Below, piece after piece: positions 23,038 to 34,768 of a stretch of 64,000 nucleotides of DNA (the first letter of the stretch is position 1; each line of letters begins with the position of its first letter). This DNA comes from Raja brachyura (lineage: Eukaryota). The notes under the pieces were generated by a model, which did not search any database, had not been told where the DNA came from, and worked only from the letters and a program-made list of their open reading frames with translations. The DNA is taken from positions 19,096,001 through 19,160,000 of the forward strand of contig OY740784.1 in assembly GCA_963514005.1 (NCBI GenBank), given 5' to 3'. The translations under genes and the position numbers were made by a program.

Positions 23038-24109
23038 CAGGGCCGGCCTTAAGCCGATTGGACCAATTGCCCCCAATTGGGCCCCGCACCTAAGGGGGCC
23101 CCGCGCCAGATAATCTCTCGGCTCAGGTAGATCTACCCCGGGTGGAGGGGGAGAGAGAGAGTAGAGGGGTGGAGGGGGAAGAAATGGGTAGAAGGGGAGG
23201 GGGGTGTAAGGGGGAATGGAGGAGGGGGAGAGGGAGAGGTGGAGGTGGGTCATTCCCTCACGATCCCGGGGCAGCGCTCCTGCCCCTCCAGTCACAGTGC
23301 TTCACGCACACAGCCCAGGCTCCACTCCTCTCCCCGGGAAGACACAGTGAACAATACAGGGAGGGCCGGGGGTTGGAGCAACATTTACCTCAGCATCAGC
23401 TCACATCCGTCCGCCCGGACCCCGGCATCCGCTATCGCCGCCAGGCCTCTCCCTCCCTCCCTTCTCTCCTTCCCTTCTTCCCGCCCTCCTTCCTCTCTCT
23501 CTTTTTTCTCTCCTTCCCTTCTTTATCTCCTTCCTCTCTCTCTTTCCCCTTCTCTCCTTCCCTCCCTCCCTTCTTTCTTTACTTACCCCCCTCCCTTCTT
23601 TCACTCCCTTCTCGACTTCCTCCCTTCTCTCCCTTCCTCCCCTCCCACACACACACACTCAATGCACAGACCACACACACACACACACCACACCACATCC
23701 CCCCCCCCCCCTAAGTTAGGATGGGGTAGAAGCCCAAAGTTTAATGCCTGGACTGGTTTTTCACCAATAGTTATTGGTTTTCCAGGATCTAGTTAATTAT
23801 TTTATTTTTCATTTCACAGTCACTAAAACAAGTGGTATTGTAACTATGTACTTTTCAGAGATGATCCACACATTTTGTTTGTTACTTGTATGCAATTTTA
23901 CATTATAATGTAGCTTAGATCTGTTTGGTCCATTAACTCTCAGGCACTTTTTAAGTGCACATTTTGATTATTTTCCATTCTACCATAGATATATAAAGTC
24001 TATAATATACTTTATTTGTATTTCTATGATTCTACAGACCTTGGCTGGGAACCTGGGGCTCACCAAAACTGTTCCCAATTGGGCCCCGCACATCCTAAGG
24101 CCGGCCCTG
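23038..24109. mobile_element. non-autonomous hAT MITE
   Basis: 14-bp TIRs CAGGGCCGGCCTTA/TAAGGCCGGCCCTG. Perfect 8-bp TSD CATGTCTC (23030-23037 and 24110-24117). GGGCCCC subterminal motifs. Confidence 0.95.
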
Positions 24110-24790
24110 CATGTCTCAACTCATCCTCATTCCACAGCCAACGAGAGTTGTTTTTTAAATGTGCTATATAAATAAAAGTGATTTGACCTGACCTACCGCC
24201 ACAACTCGCATTGGACTCAGTTGCACCCCGGTTCTGTCCACTAGCATCACTTTGTAGTGTTGTTGTGGGTTTACTAGGTACAATGAAACCTGCACACTAG
24301 TGTGTGTGTTCAATCGACCACTGTAACTCTGATATCGACTCTGTCGTGAGCCTCATACATCTATCAAAATGTCCTTTATTCAATTTTAGGTCAAGAACCT
24401 TCTCACGATCCTGGCTTCTATAATGCAGTAGCTGGGAAGTAGCTATGGTAGACTTCTCATTCTTAAGTAAGCCTGTGCCTGCGTCTACAATATTCTGTTT
24501 CTTATCTGTAGGTAGGGTCACACACGTATCTGAAGAGTTTATGACAAGGCCTAGATATGCAATAGTTTTTGTCGGCTCGAGCCTGGACTTTCCTGGATGA
24601 ATAACAAATTCTAGATCTTCTAGGAGTGTCTTGTTTGCTGAAACAGCCAACTGTGTCACATTTCATCTTTGCTACAATGAGTGTGTAATCCCACGACAAT
24701 ATGCCCTTCAGTTCTGCGTAGGGCAAACACTGGCTTTAATATCTTTGTGAATAGCCTAGGGGCTGAACTCAACCCATTAGGTAGAGCCTT

Positions 24791-24923
24791 CTTCTTTCGT
24801 GTGGCATGCACAGCCTAAAGTTGTTCGACAACATGTTCTATTTGATCTTCCGTTTGTGCACATTGAGTTGATTGCATTAGTCGAAACAGGGCGGACCACG
24901 TGAAGGTTACAATCTTCCACCCC
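24791..24923 (-). mobile_element. short retroposon 3' fragment inserted in DIRS RT
   Basis: 12-bp TSD AGGTAGAGCCTT (24779-24790 and 24924-24935). GAA-type tail on the minus strand. Confidence 0.8.
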
Positions 24924-25559
24924 AGGTAGAGCCTTAAATTGCCACAACATGCCTTGCCAGATAAACTTCAGATATTCCCTGTGACTCTCATGTAATGGTA
25001 CTGAATAGTATGCATCTTTGAGATCAATTGAGGCCATAAAGCAATCCTCAGTAATCAGCTGTTTTGCTGAATGAAAAATATCCATTTTGAACTGGTTATA
25101 TTCCAAGCACATGTTCAGACTAGCCAAATCAAGAATGATTCAGTATTCTCAATTTTTCTTAGGCCTTGTGAAGATATTAGCAATCTATTCATCTTGTTCA
25201 TGGACAGTCTGCTTAATCACACCTTTTTTGTGTAATTTCACTCTCTGCTTGGATAGCTATAGTTTTTCTCTTTTGACCTTTTGTACGGGAAATTTGACTT
25301 TTCTTGCCGTGGAGGAAGCTGGTCAGACAGAAACTCAATCTTATGGCGACTTATGGCTTGTAAAATGAAAGGGTCAGTGGTTATCTTTTCCCACTTGCTT
25401 TTGAACAGCCTCAATCTACCTCCGACTTGAATATCCTCAGCACATTTCATGCAGCTGTAGTAATTATGTTCACCTACCGCAACGGGCTTATCTGCTGACT
25501 CTGGTTTTTGTTCTGTCCCCTCCCTCTGGCATCGTGGCCTGCTGGGGGTCGAGACTGAG

Positions 25560-26621
25560 TGTGTGGAACGTGCTGCCTCCATGTTGAGCGCTGTGAACCT
25601 GCGCCTAAAAAAGGGCCTCTGGCTCTGTCTTAGTTGTGTAGGCCTGGTGCTCCAACCAGCCTCAGCCTTGCGGTTTCTGCCGCCAACTTGGTAGGGATGA
25701 TATGCATGCCAGTAGTCGCGAGTCTTACCCACAGAGGGTGTCTTTACCACACTCACGGCAGCCTTATATTCTTCTTGCAAGTCTTTTACTTGCTTGCTCA
25801 AATCTTCTCCGGAAAGATACATTGCTTGCTTTGCACAAATGTGCATATTTTGGGTTTATCGCAGGCCTTATACAATCCTTGCCAACGGTTGAGCTCAAAC
25901 TGCACATTATACAGCAGTGCTAAGGCGTCTCTTGCTGCAATTCAGACAGTTGTGTTTCATCGCCTCGCAACGGCCTCGCAAACGCCAAAATCCTCTTGTG
26001 AGAGCTCTCTGAACTCACTGTCGTTTTAGGTCTTTTGCCTTCGTTTGGCCATTCAGATTAAGATTGTCCCAGATGGTGGCAATAACCTTCAGTACATCAA
26101 GTGTCTGGCAGTTATCAGGCCTAACATACTTTTCAGTAGTGTCCTGCATGTTCTTCTCATTCAACTGGTGTGAAGTCAAGTATACAATGCTACTCGCCAG
26201 TTCTTCCTCTAACGGGGCACCCATCCCAGAGGCAAATTGTCACGAGTGCCGGCAGCTCTTTTTTAGTCGTGAGTTGAAAGGTATTATCCGCTTGTTGAGG
26301 GGATTCTAGTTCATTGTCGATTGCCACGCAGTCAGTGTCTGCCGCGTAATAATCCTCAAATCTCCCTGCCTCTGAGTGGGAGGTATCATAATCCAGCCAT
26401 TGACTGGGTATTGCCGCCTCAGACATCTGAATTGAACTGCCTGTATCGGTTGCATGTGTGTGGTGCACATCTCCTTCGACCAGCCTCTCAGTCAGTTTTT
26501 CCAGTCTTGTGAGTCGACTGATAACACCATCATTGGATGTTGAAGCAGTGCCTCCCTGCCCAGTATTGTCCTTTTGGGCAGTCTTTGCCAGTTTCGACTT
26601 GGTCTTCCCCGAGGTCGACAA
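25560..26621 (-). pseudogene. DIRS ORF1 (gag-like)
   Basis: Broken ORFs 26190-26621, 26015-26224 (YVRPDNCQTL.V.KV...IWDNL) and 25238-25846 (YLSGEDLSKQVKDL) upstream of pol. Confidence 0.7.
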
Positions 26622-29600
26622 GCTACTCCCTTTCAGAGGCTGTGCAGGCCGCGCCCACCAGCGTCTCCAAGCTGATACCGACGGCCACTGACCTCACTCT
26701 TTGCCCTCATTCCCCGCTGGATTTTCAGCTGCATGTTTCCTCATATCTCGGTTTGTCCATTTTGGAAACAAAACCAGCGACGAAACAAGCAAGCACAGTT
26801 CCTGTGAGAAAACTTACAGTGAGAAGACTGTTAAAGCTCCGATGGAGAATTTCAGGGAAATTCCCGATGTCAATTTTCCCTTCGGAATCTATCTGAATAT
26901 CGCGCCATGCGTCAACGTATTGATGCGCATGCGTACTGGCGGGTTCTTCACATAGTCTCATCATGAGACTTCGAAATAAAATAGCAGGATAGACAGTGGA
27001 TGTGGTTTACCTGGATTTTCAAAAGGCCTTTGATAGGGTGCCACACGTGAGGCTGTTAAAGAAGATGAGAGCCCATGGTATCAGAGGAAAGATACTAGCA
27101 TGGATGACACGTTTGCTGAATGGCAGAAGGCAAAGTAGCAATAAAGGGGGCTTTTTCTGATTAGCTGCCAGTGACTAGCAGTGTTCCACAGGGGTCGGTG
27201 CATCTTCATGATGTATGTCAATGATTTGGATGAGGGAGTTGAAAGCATTGTGACCAAGTTTGCCAATGATGCTAAGATGGATTGAAGTGCAGTTAGTGGT
27301 GCAAAGGGACTATGGGAGTGCTGGTGCAATAACAAAGGCAAATGCAATGTTGCCATTTAGTTCGAGTGGGCTAGAATACAAAAACAGGGATGCAATGCTG
27401 AGGTCTATATAAGGATTAGGGAGATCGCATTTGGAGTACTGTGAGCAATTTTGGGCCCATATCCGATGATGTGCTAGTGTTGGAGAGGGTCTAGAGGAGG
27501 TTTATTAGAATCCCAGGGAAGATTGGGTTAACTTTCCAAATAGTGAAAGGCCTGGATAGAGAGGATGTGGAGAGGGCGTTTCCACTTGTAGGAGTGTCTA
27601 GAACCAGAGGGTATAGTCAATGGGTATTTTTGAGATGGAGATTGATAGATTCTTGATTGGTAAGGGCATCAAGGGTTATCAGGAGAAGGCAGGAAAATGG
27701 GGGTTGAGAGGGAAAGATAGATCAGCCATGATTGAATGGCAAAGTAGACTTGATGGGCCAAATGGCTTGTCATACATACAAAATGGGTCCAATTTTATAA
27801 ATTGTTCTTATCAATTGAAGTGTAAACACCCACCATGTAAACCTCTTCACTCATTTTATTCCCTATGTTCTATCACATAAACCTTTGCAAATGGAGAGAG
27901 AAGTGTACCTGATATATGAAAAAATACCGCCACCGCCTCCCCCCCAAAAAATAATTGTACAGTCATGAACCGTTATATCAGTCATCTAGTTATGTAACTC
28001 TCTGCATATCGATGTCTCCTTCCTCGGTTCCCAAAGATCCATTCAGATCCAACATTTTGGTCTAAATATATATATTTTTGCATTTAGATGCATTAAAAGG
28101 TGGATGCATTAAAGGTGTATAGAAGTTTTAAATATGAACTTGCTTAAGTATGTGTTACTCTTTCAAACGAAGCAGGAAAGCTTCCAGTTTTTCTCAGATA
28201 CAAAGGATGCAAATTTTCATTGATGCATGCACTTTATTTACTGTTTAAAATATGAAAAAAATGCACATACTAGAATAAAATTGAAATGGATAGAAACTGA
28301 CAGAAATTATGTGTAATTCATTTGAAATACATCAATTTTTAATGCAATTTCAATGAAAAGTGTGTGGAGCTGATTTATAAAACATAATTCATGTAATGCT
28401 TATGAAACAAAATTGTACACCAGTTCAGCAGAGCTCTTGCAAAAATAAAACAACGTGCTTAACTATAATGAAGACTGAAGCGCAAAAACACCTTTCCAAC
28501 ATACTTTTTCCACAAACATCAGGTTTGCTGTTAAACACTAATTCATTACAATATTTCTGATTCCTGTCTTCTAATTTTCACATTACACTGGGTCAAACTC
28601 CCATTTTAGATTAAATTGTATTACAACTTCACAACAAAATGTATTAAAAAACTTGATCACATGAAACACAGGTGCATACATTTCCTCTAGTTTACTGGAA
28701 AGAATTAATTAATATATGGGACAATTATTCAAAAGATTAACCCTTTGAAATTTCCAGTTACATTTGAGATCAAATGTAAATCACTATAAATCAATAATTC
28801 CCAAACACATGATTGAATAAATCTTGTTTCTTTTGAATTAAAATGGTAAGTGCCAAAATACGGGCTGATAATGAGCAATGGATTCAACATGCGCCAGTGG
28901 TCCAAAGACAAGCTCTTACTAAATGCAAATATTGTAGTGGTTTCCAGTACGTTTCTCTGCATCAAAATGGGGATGGAATGTGGAATGGAGTAGAAACATG
29001 GCACAAACAAAATAAGACCAAGTTCAATGTTCATATTATTCTCACCCAGAAGGGACTTGGGACAATTGTCATCTAAAGGAGTTAAAATACACTACTAAAC
29101 TTTTTATCGTAGACATTTTTAAAATGAAAAAGTCAATAGTTAGCTGCTATACTCAGTTAATTCCAGGTGGCTCCAATCAGAGATGCGTTAAATTTTAATA
29201 CCACTACGGAATAGGATCTTTTAATCATACAACACGTCTTTGTTTCACGGATTAGGCTTGAAGCTTCCATCAGTCACTAGCTCTGAACAATTAATATTTG
29301 CTTTTATGTTGGGTCTCTGAATTATTCCAGCATGCTCTTTCTTCTCCAAAACCCTAGCTTTTTTTAAATCATTGTATTTTTCTATCCAACTTCCCTTCAA
29401 CTCTAACTCTATTTAAACTCAGTTGCTAAATCTACACACTACATATTTAAATATTTGCGAGATATTTATGAGAATTATTCCAGGGATTACATGATGATTG
29501 TTTGATGGCATTGGGCCTGAACTCATGTGAGTTTAGAAGGATGAGGGGGGACCTCATTGAAATGTACCGAATAGTGAAAGGCCTGGATAGAGTGAATGTG

Positions 29601-32600
29601 GAGAGGATGTTCCTCTAAGTGAGAGAGTCTAGTACAAAGTGGGCACAACCTCAGAATAAAAGGATGTGCCTTTGGAAAGGAGACAAGGAAGAATTTTGGG
29701 TCAGGCAGCATTTCTGGAGATAAAGGATGGGTGACGTTTTGGGTCAGGACCCTTCTTCAGACTGAAAATATGAGGTGGGGGGTGTGAGGAGCTGGAGGCA
29801 AGAAAAGACCAGAACCAATCAGGGCCAGGCACAAATGACCTCAGACAGGGCAGTGCCTGGTGGGTCCACTGAAGGTGAGAATCAGGGCCAGCCACGATTG
29901 GTCCTGGTCTTTTCTCGCCCTCAGCGCTTCACGCTTCACCCCCCCTCACTCTCACCTTTCAGTCTGCAAAAGGGTCTCGACCTGAAACACCACCCATCCT
30001 TTTTCTCCAGAGATGCTGCCTGACCTGCTGAGTTACTCCAGCAGTTTGTGGCCAACCCAATATGTCATCTGGCCATTTCCCTCCACAGATGCTCCCTGAC
30101 CCACTGAGGTTCCCCAGCAGTTTGTATTTGTTCACAATTCCAGCATGCGGTTAGAGGGAGAGATAGATCAGCCATGATTGAATGGTGGAGTTGACATCAT
30201 GGGCCTATTTCTACTCCTATCATTTATGACCTTGTTACACACTCAGTCATGTGTGATGGAGCACTTAGAACCAGGGATACAACAGCAAATGCTACACCAT
30301 GAGCAACTGAAGCAACAGGCATGCTTAAGGACACAATTTGATTTGCAGCAAAGATTATGCATTGGTAGACCCAACTTAAATTCAATCACCCCTTATAACA
30401 TCTCATTCCACTAGTCATTAATGTATGGAAAATATTTACAACTAAATACAATTACATGTGCGTTCCTTTAAACCTTGTGGCAAACTCAAGCATGTATTAG
30501 GGGTCACATTTATTAATTTATTTAAACATCTTCAACATGTATTTATTTTTACAAGTCTATAATCAAATAGAGAATTCAAAAAGGTGTAATGGGCATACAA
30601 TGCATAATGCAAAAAAAAAATCCATTAAAAAGTATCAGGACTAGAGGACAGCTGATATGTAACAGCAACAGGTTTTATGTAACACCAAACTATAAAAATG
30701 GAATTGGAATAAATCCTTGGAGCCATGTGCCGCAGTGTTACATCAGTTAAAAGAAAGAATATCAAATTTATAGCAAAGCGAAGGTAGAACATTTAGAAAC
30801 AGAAAATACAATTATTAATCAGTGTAGATTGCAAAGTAGAATGGAAAATGTTATGCGCTTGAATTTTCGAAAAGTTTTTAATAAGCAAATGATGCAGGTG
30901 AAGGCATACTTATTAAGGTGGCAAATGGCTGAATCATCAACAAACTGTGGGCGGAGGTAAAGCAGGCCTTTTTAGAATAGAAAGGCTGTGTAGTGTTCTA
31001 CAGGGATTAGTGTTACTAACAAAGTTACTCACAATTTTCATTAATGCTATAACCATAAGTTATATGTAACTGATATCAACATTTGAGGAACATACTAATT
31101 TAAGGGTTATGGGCAAGATTGAGAAAGAATGCAAAATAATACACATTACAAAAACTGGCAGACTGATGAGTTATATGTGTATTAAACTGAATGAGATGGA
31201 GGAGTAAAGAAATACAATTAAAAAAAGATCCCAGGCTTACAAGCAATTGAAAATGCTAACAGTTAACTTATGGCTTTCTTTGGTCAGACCACAAATTACA
31301 CCAAGGTATTGTAAAGGTTATTTTAACATTATGAGGAGGTTATGTTGGGAGAAATGGAGATTGTTTTTTTCAAGTTTAGATTCTCCAGCAAGTGGAGCAA
31401 TACTTACTGCTGATTAATCAAAGAGGAACATTTCTTTACTCAGAGAATGCAAAGAATTTGGGACTCTCTATATCAGCAAATGGTTGAGGCACTTTAAAAA
31501 CAAAAACAAGTGAATACAAAGAGAAGTGGTAATAAAAAGATATCACGAAAGATAGAAACAAGACGGATTTAATGGAAGATACATGCATGGAGTATGAACA
31601 CAGTTAAATGACTTTTCCTATACCGGTTATTGTACAACATGTTTCTCAATACTACAGAGTATCTACAGAGCAAATATCCCCGTGCTTCAACTCTTCGCAG
31701 GGCCTACAAGGTCTGAAGAAGGGTCTCGACCAAGAAACGTCACCCATTCATTCTCTAGAGATGCTGCCTGTCCCGCTGAGTTACTCCAGCATTTTGTGTC
31801 TACCTTCGATTTAAACCAGCATCTGCAGTTCTTCCCAACACTACAAGGTAGGCAGTTTGGTAAACCTTTTTTGTTACACACCGTCTCTAATTTCTAAATA
31901 TCCAGGGCTGCACAAGTTGGTTATTCCAAAGCCTTACACAGATTTATGAACATCTCCAGGGGTTCATTCTAAGATCCCAGAACATCTTAAACGAGGCCTC
32001 TTCTTAGTCTTGTATGTCTTACAAGGTTTAAGGCTGAGTAAGCACACATGAATTGGATACAAAAAGCTGTAGCAGCTCAGCAGGTCAGGCAGCATCTCTG
32101 GAGAAAAGGAATAGGTGACTTTAGGAGTCGACACCCTACTTCAGACGGGTCGACCTGAAACGTCACATAATCCTTTTCTCTGGAGATGTTGTTTGACCTG
32201 CTGAGTTACTTCAACGTTTTGTGTCGATCTTCGGTTTAAACCAACATCTGCAGATCCTTCTGACATACATGATTTGTTGATGAGTAACCAGCAAGAATCA
32301 CAATTGTGTCTGTACTGTTGAGATTATATTTTCCATTTTTAATAAACTACCAGTTTAACTTATGCAAGAAGCTTATTTTTCCATATCTAAAACCTTGCCA
32401 CCTCATACGTGATACCAGTATACAACAAGGAAAATATTTTCTGCTCTTTAAATAAATAAACTTAAATTAGAACAAGGAATTTCATTAAAATAAACAAAAG
32501 GTTTTCTTACAGAATTTGTCCATTGAGTAACTTCCAGCCTATTTAATGTGTTGACATTACTGTGATGTAATTCATTATCCAGTTACTTTCCCAATCATTC

Positions 32601-34181
32601 ACATACGTTTACATTAAATACGGTTTTTGCCCCAAACTTTCAACAATCTTGAAATACGCTCACATTCAAAAACAGTTTTAAATGGAGTCACTGTACTGAT
32701 GTAAACATGGTTTGCAGTGACCAGATAATCAACTGTGGGATAACCATTGGCCAGGATGCAAGGTAAACACGACCGACTTTCAAATAGTGGCATGGGATCC
32801 TTTAGCTTCACCTGAGACTGTGCCATCTGACAGGTACATAACTTAAGGTTTCGTGTGAAAGACATTACATCTGTTTTTCAACCTCTCTTTTTAAATATAA
32901 AAACATATTTTTTTGCAAAAGATGAATTTTCATGACACCGAGATAAACCCAAGCACATAAATCCTGAACAAGAAATGTCTACATTGCCTTCCTTTTGTAT
33001 TTAAAAGCTGCACCATTTTTTTTCAGCTTCAATTTTGATGAAGAAAATTCACAGGAGTGAATGCCCGAACATATCAATATCACTGGGTTTACCATTTGGT
33101 ATTTGGAAACATCAGATGATTCACAGGAAACATTTGTTTGTCACAAGGATAATCATTGCTCACTGGCATTAACAGAACCCAAACTGCAACTTTCAATACT
33201 TCAGAGAAGATGATTACAAGGGAAATGAGATTCAATACAATATCCAAATATATTCAAGTTTTAACCTGTATAGAACTTATACCTATATAAAGTTTGGGTT
33301 ATGAAGCCTTCATTCTGTGTTGTTACAATAATCTGCATATATTTATTTTCACACCATAATACCATGCACAGTTACAATTTCAGTGTCGGTAGTTAAAATA
33401 TAATTTACCAAATTGCAACCAGTTTACCAACCCAAAAGACCACATGTGGACATTTACCAATGTAATAGCTCTATTACTGGCACCTTCTGCATTTCATAAC
33501 TCAGTCAATTTGTATTTGTATAATTTGCAGCAGCCATACAAATATTCAGCATCATTTGTGACTAAGTGATGTGTAAACTAAATTGATAGAAATGAAGGTA
33601 TACAAGGTCAAGTGAATGCTTTGATTTTGAAACAGTCATCTTATTCATATTTTTTGCAGAATGAATTTACTTTGTAACATTTGATACATGACCAACGTAT
33701 TAGTCAAAAAATGCCAGACTTGCTGTTATATGTAGGCAATTGATCCCTGCTGAGCTGCAACATAATTAGCATGGAATACATTTTCCAAAGGGTGTTGAAT
33801 TTTACTTTTACCTGGTAAGCAGAGCAAATTTCTCTGTTATGCAGAGAACTATTTTTTAACTAAATGTGCACCCTCTCCTGCTTTATAAATTACATTGAAG
33901 ATGAAGGTGCCAGCTTGACTCTGCAATTTCAATGTATTGCAGTCAATGGAGTAAACCCAATATAATGAATTCAGCAATCTTATATTATCAATATAACAAT
34001 TTCAGATGTGTTTATAATGCACCACATATAATGCAAAGATTATTTATAGTTATAATTTCTCTTTACATGATGCACATTGATATTACGTAAAGTTTTGCAG
34101 CATTGAACAGTTCAATTTTCATGTATGAACTTTGAAAATTGTTTTAACATATTTGCCTTGGAAAATACTCATACCATTAGA

Positions 34182-34371
34182 TCAAAGCATCATCCTTCTC
34201 ATTCCGCATTCACAACAGAACTTTGCACCTTCCACAGGATACTTGGTTCCACATTGACGACAAAATCTTGGCAGCTGTTGACCAGGTGAATTTCTGATGC
34301 TGCTCTTTATGTTTCCATCATTGAAAGACATTGAACTATCGCTGGTGTCTAAACCAGATTTTATATTGTTC
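34182..34371 (-). CDS. ZC2HC1A: ZC2HC1A exon 9 (C-terminal zinc ribbon, stop)
   Basis: AG acceptor, 190 nt: NNIKSGLDTSDSSMSFNDGNIKSSIRNSPGQQLPRFCRQCGTKYPVEGAKFCCECGMRRMML*. Matches the ZC2HC1A C-terminus. Confidence 0.95.
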
Positions 34372-34666
34372 CTGAAAGGGAAAACTGTAATTTATTCTGA
34401 ATGAAATTACAGCATATCCAGTTTCACCATGTAACAACGTTTCAAGCGTAGCGCAGAACATCAAATAGTAATTTAAATATATTTTCAAGAATCCATAACA
34501 AAACACATCTTCTTAATCATTCCCAATCTTGTCAGACTTAAATATTCTGGTATTATTAAGACAAAGTTTTATTCCCAATGCATTTTCATCTGCTTGAAAT
34601 GCCAATAGCACTGCTCTCATTTGCTTTGCCTGACCACAATTTAACTGCTATCAAACATGACACTAC

Positions 34667-34768
34667 CTTTCATAATTCTCAGTAGTGTGGGTTTTTCTGT
34701 TAACTGAGCCTGTTCCAGCAGTATTCCTAGTTACACTGGGCGGTGTTAGTGTTCGAGACTTGATGTTA
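34667..34768 (-). CDS. ZC2HC1A: ZC2HC1A exon 8
   Basis: 102 nt, phase 2-2, AG/GT: NIKSRTLTPPSVTRNTAGTGSVNRKTHTTENYE. Confidence 0.88.

Larger units (their letters stand above)
22337..25460 (-). pseudogene. DIRS pol (RT, RNase H, methyltransferase-like), interrupted
   Basis: VGGRLRLF..KWEKIT.DPFILQAI, FMASIDLKDAYYSVP, WQFKALP, IHPGKSRLEP, WCIERRIWVSAAHLPG, EVDLFASRLN. Confidence 0.88.
20938..26984 (-). mobile_element. DIRS1-type tyrosine-recombinase retrotransposon, full length but decayed
   Basis: Gag-like, RT (SIDLKDAYYSVP), RNase H (HLPGRYNIEAD), MT-like (DLFASRLN) and YR (HATRAAATS) remnants. Inverted terminal repeats plus an internal complementary region at about 21158-21270. Confidence 0.93.
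19740..27770 (+). mobile_element. old degenerate CR1 LINE hosting SINE and DIRS insertions
   Basis: RT remnants before 20937 (SCLTNLLEFFEEVN) continue after 26985 (SRID..VDVVYLDFQKAFD). CR1 3' end near 27770. Confidence 0.85.

Noticed and set aside
23142-23796. Long P/S/L/F-rich ORFs (also 49154-49561 and 44580-45045)
   Set aside because: Low-complexity polypyrimidine tracts inside repeats.
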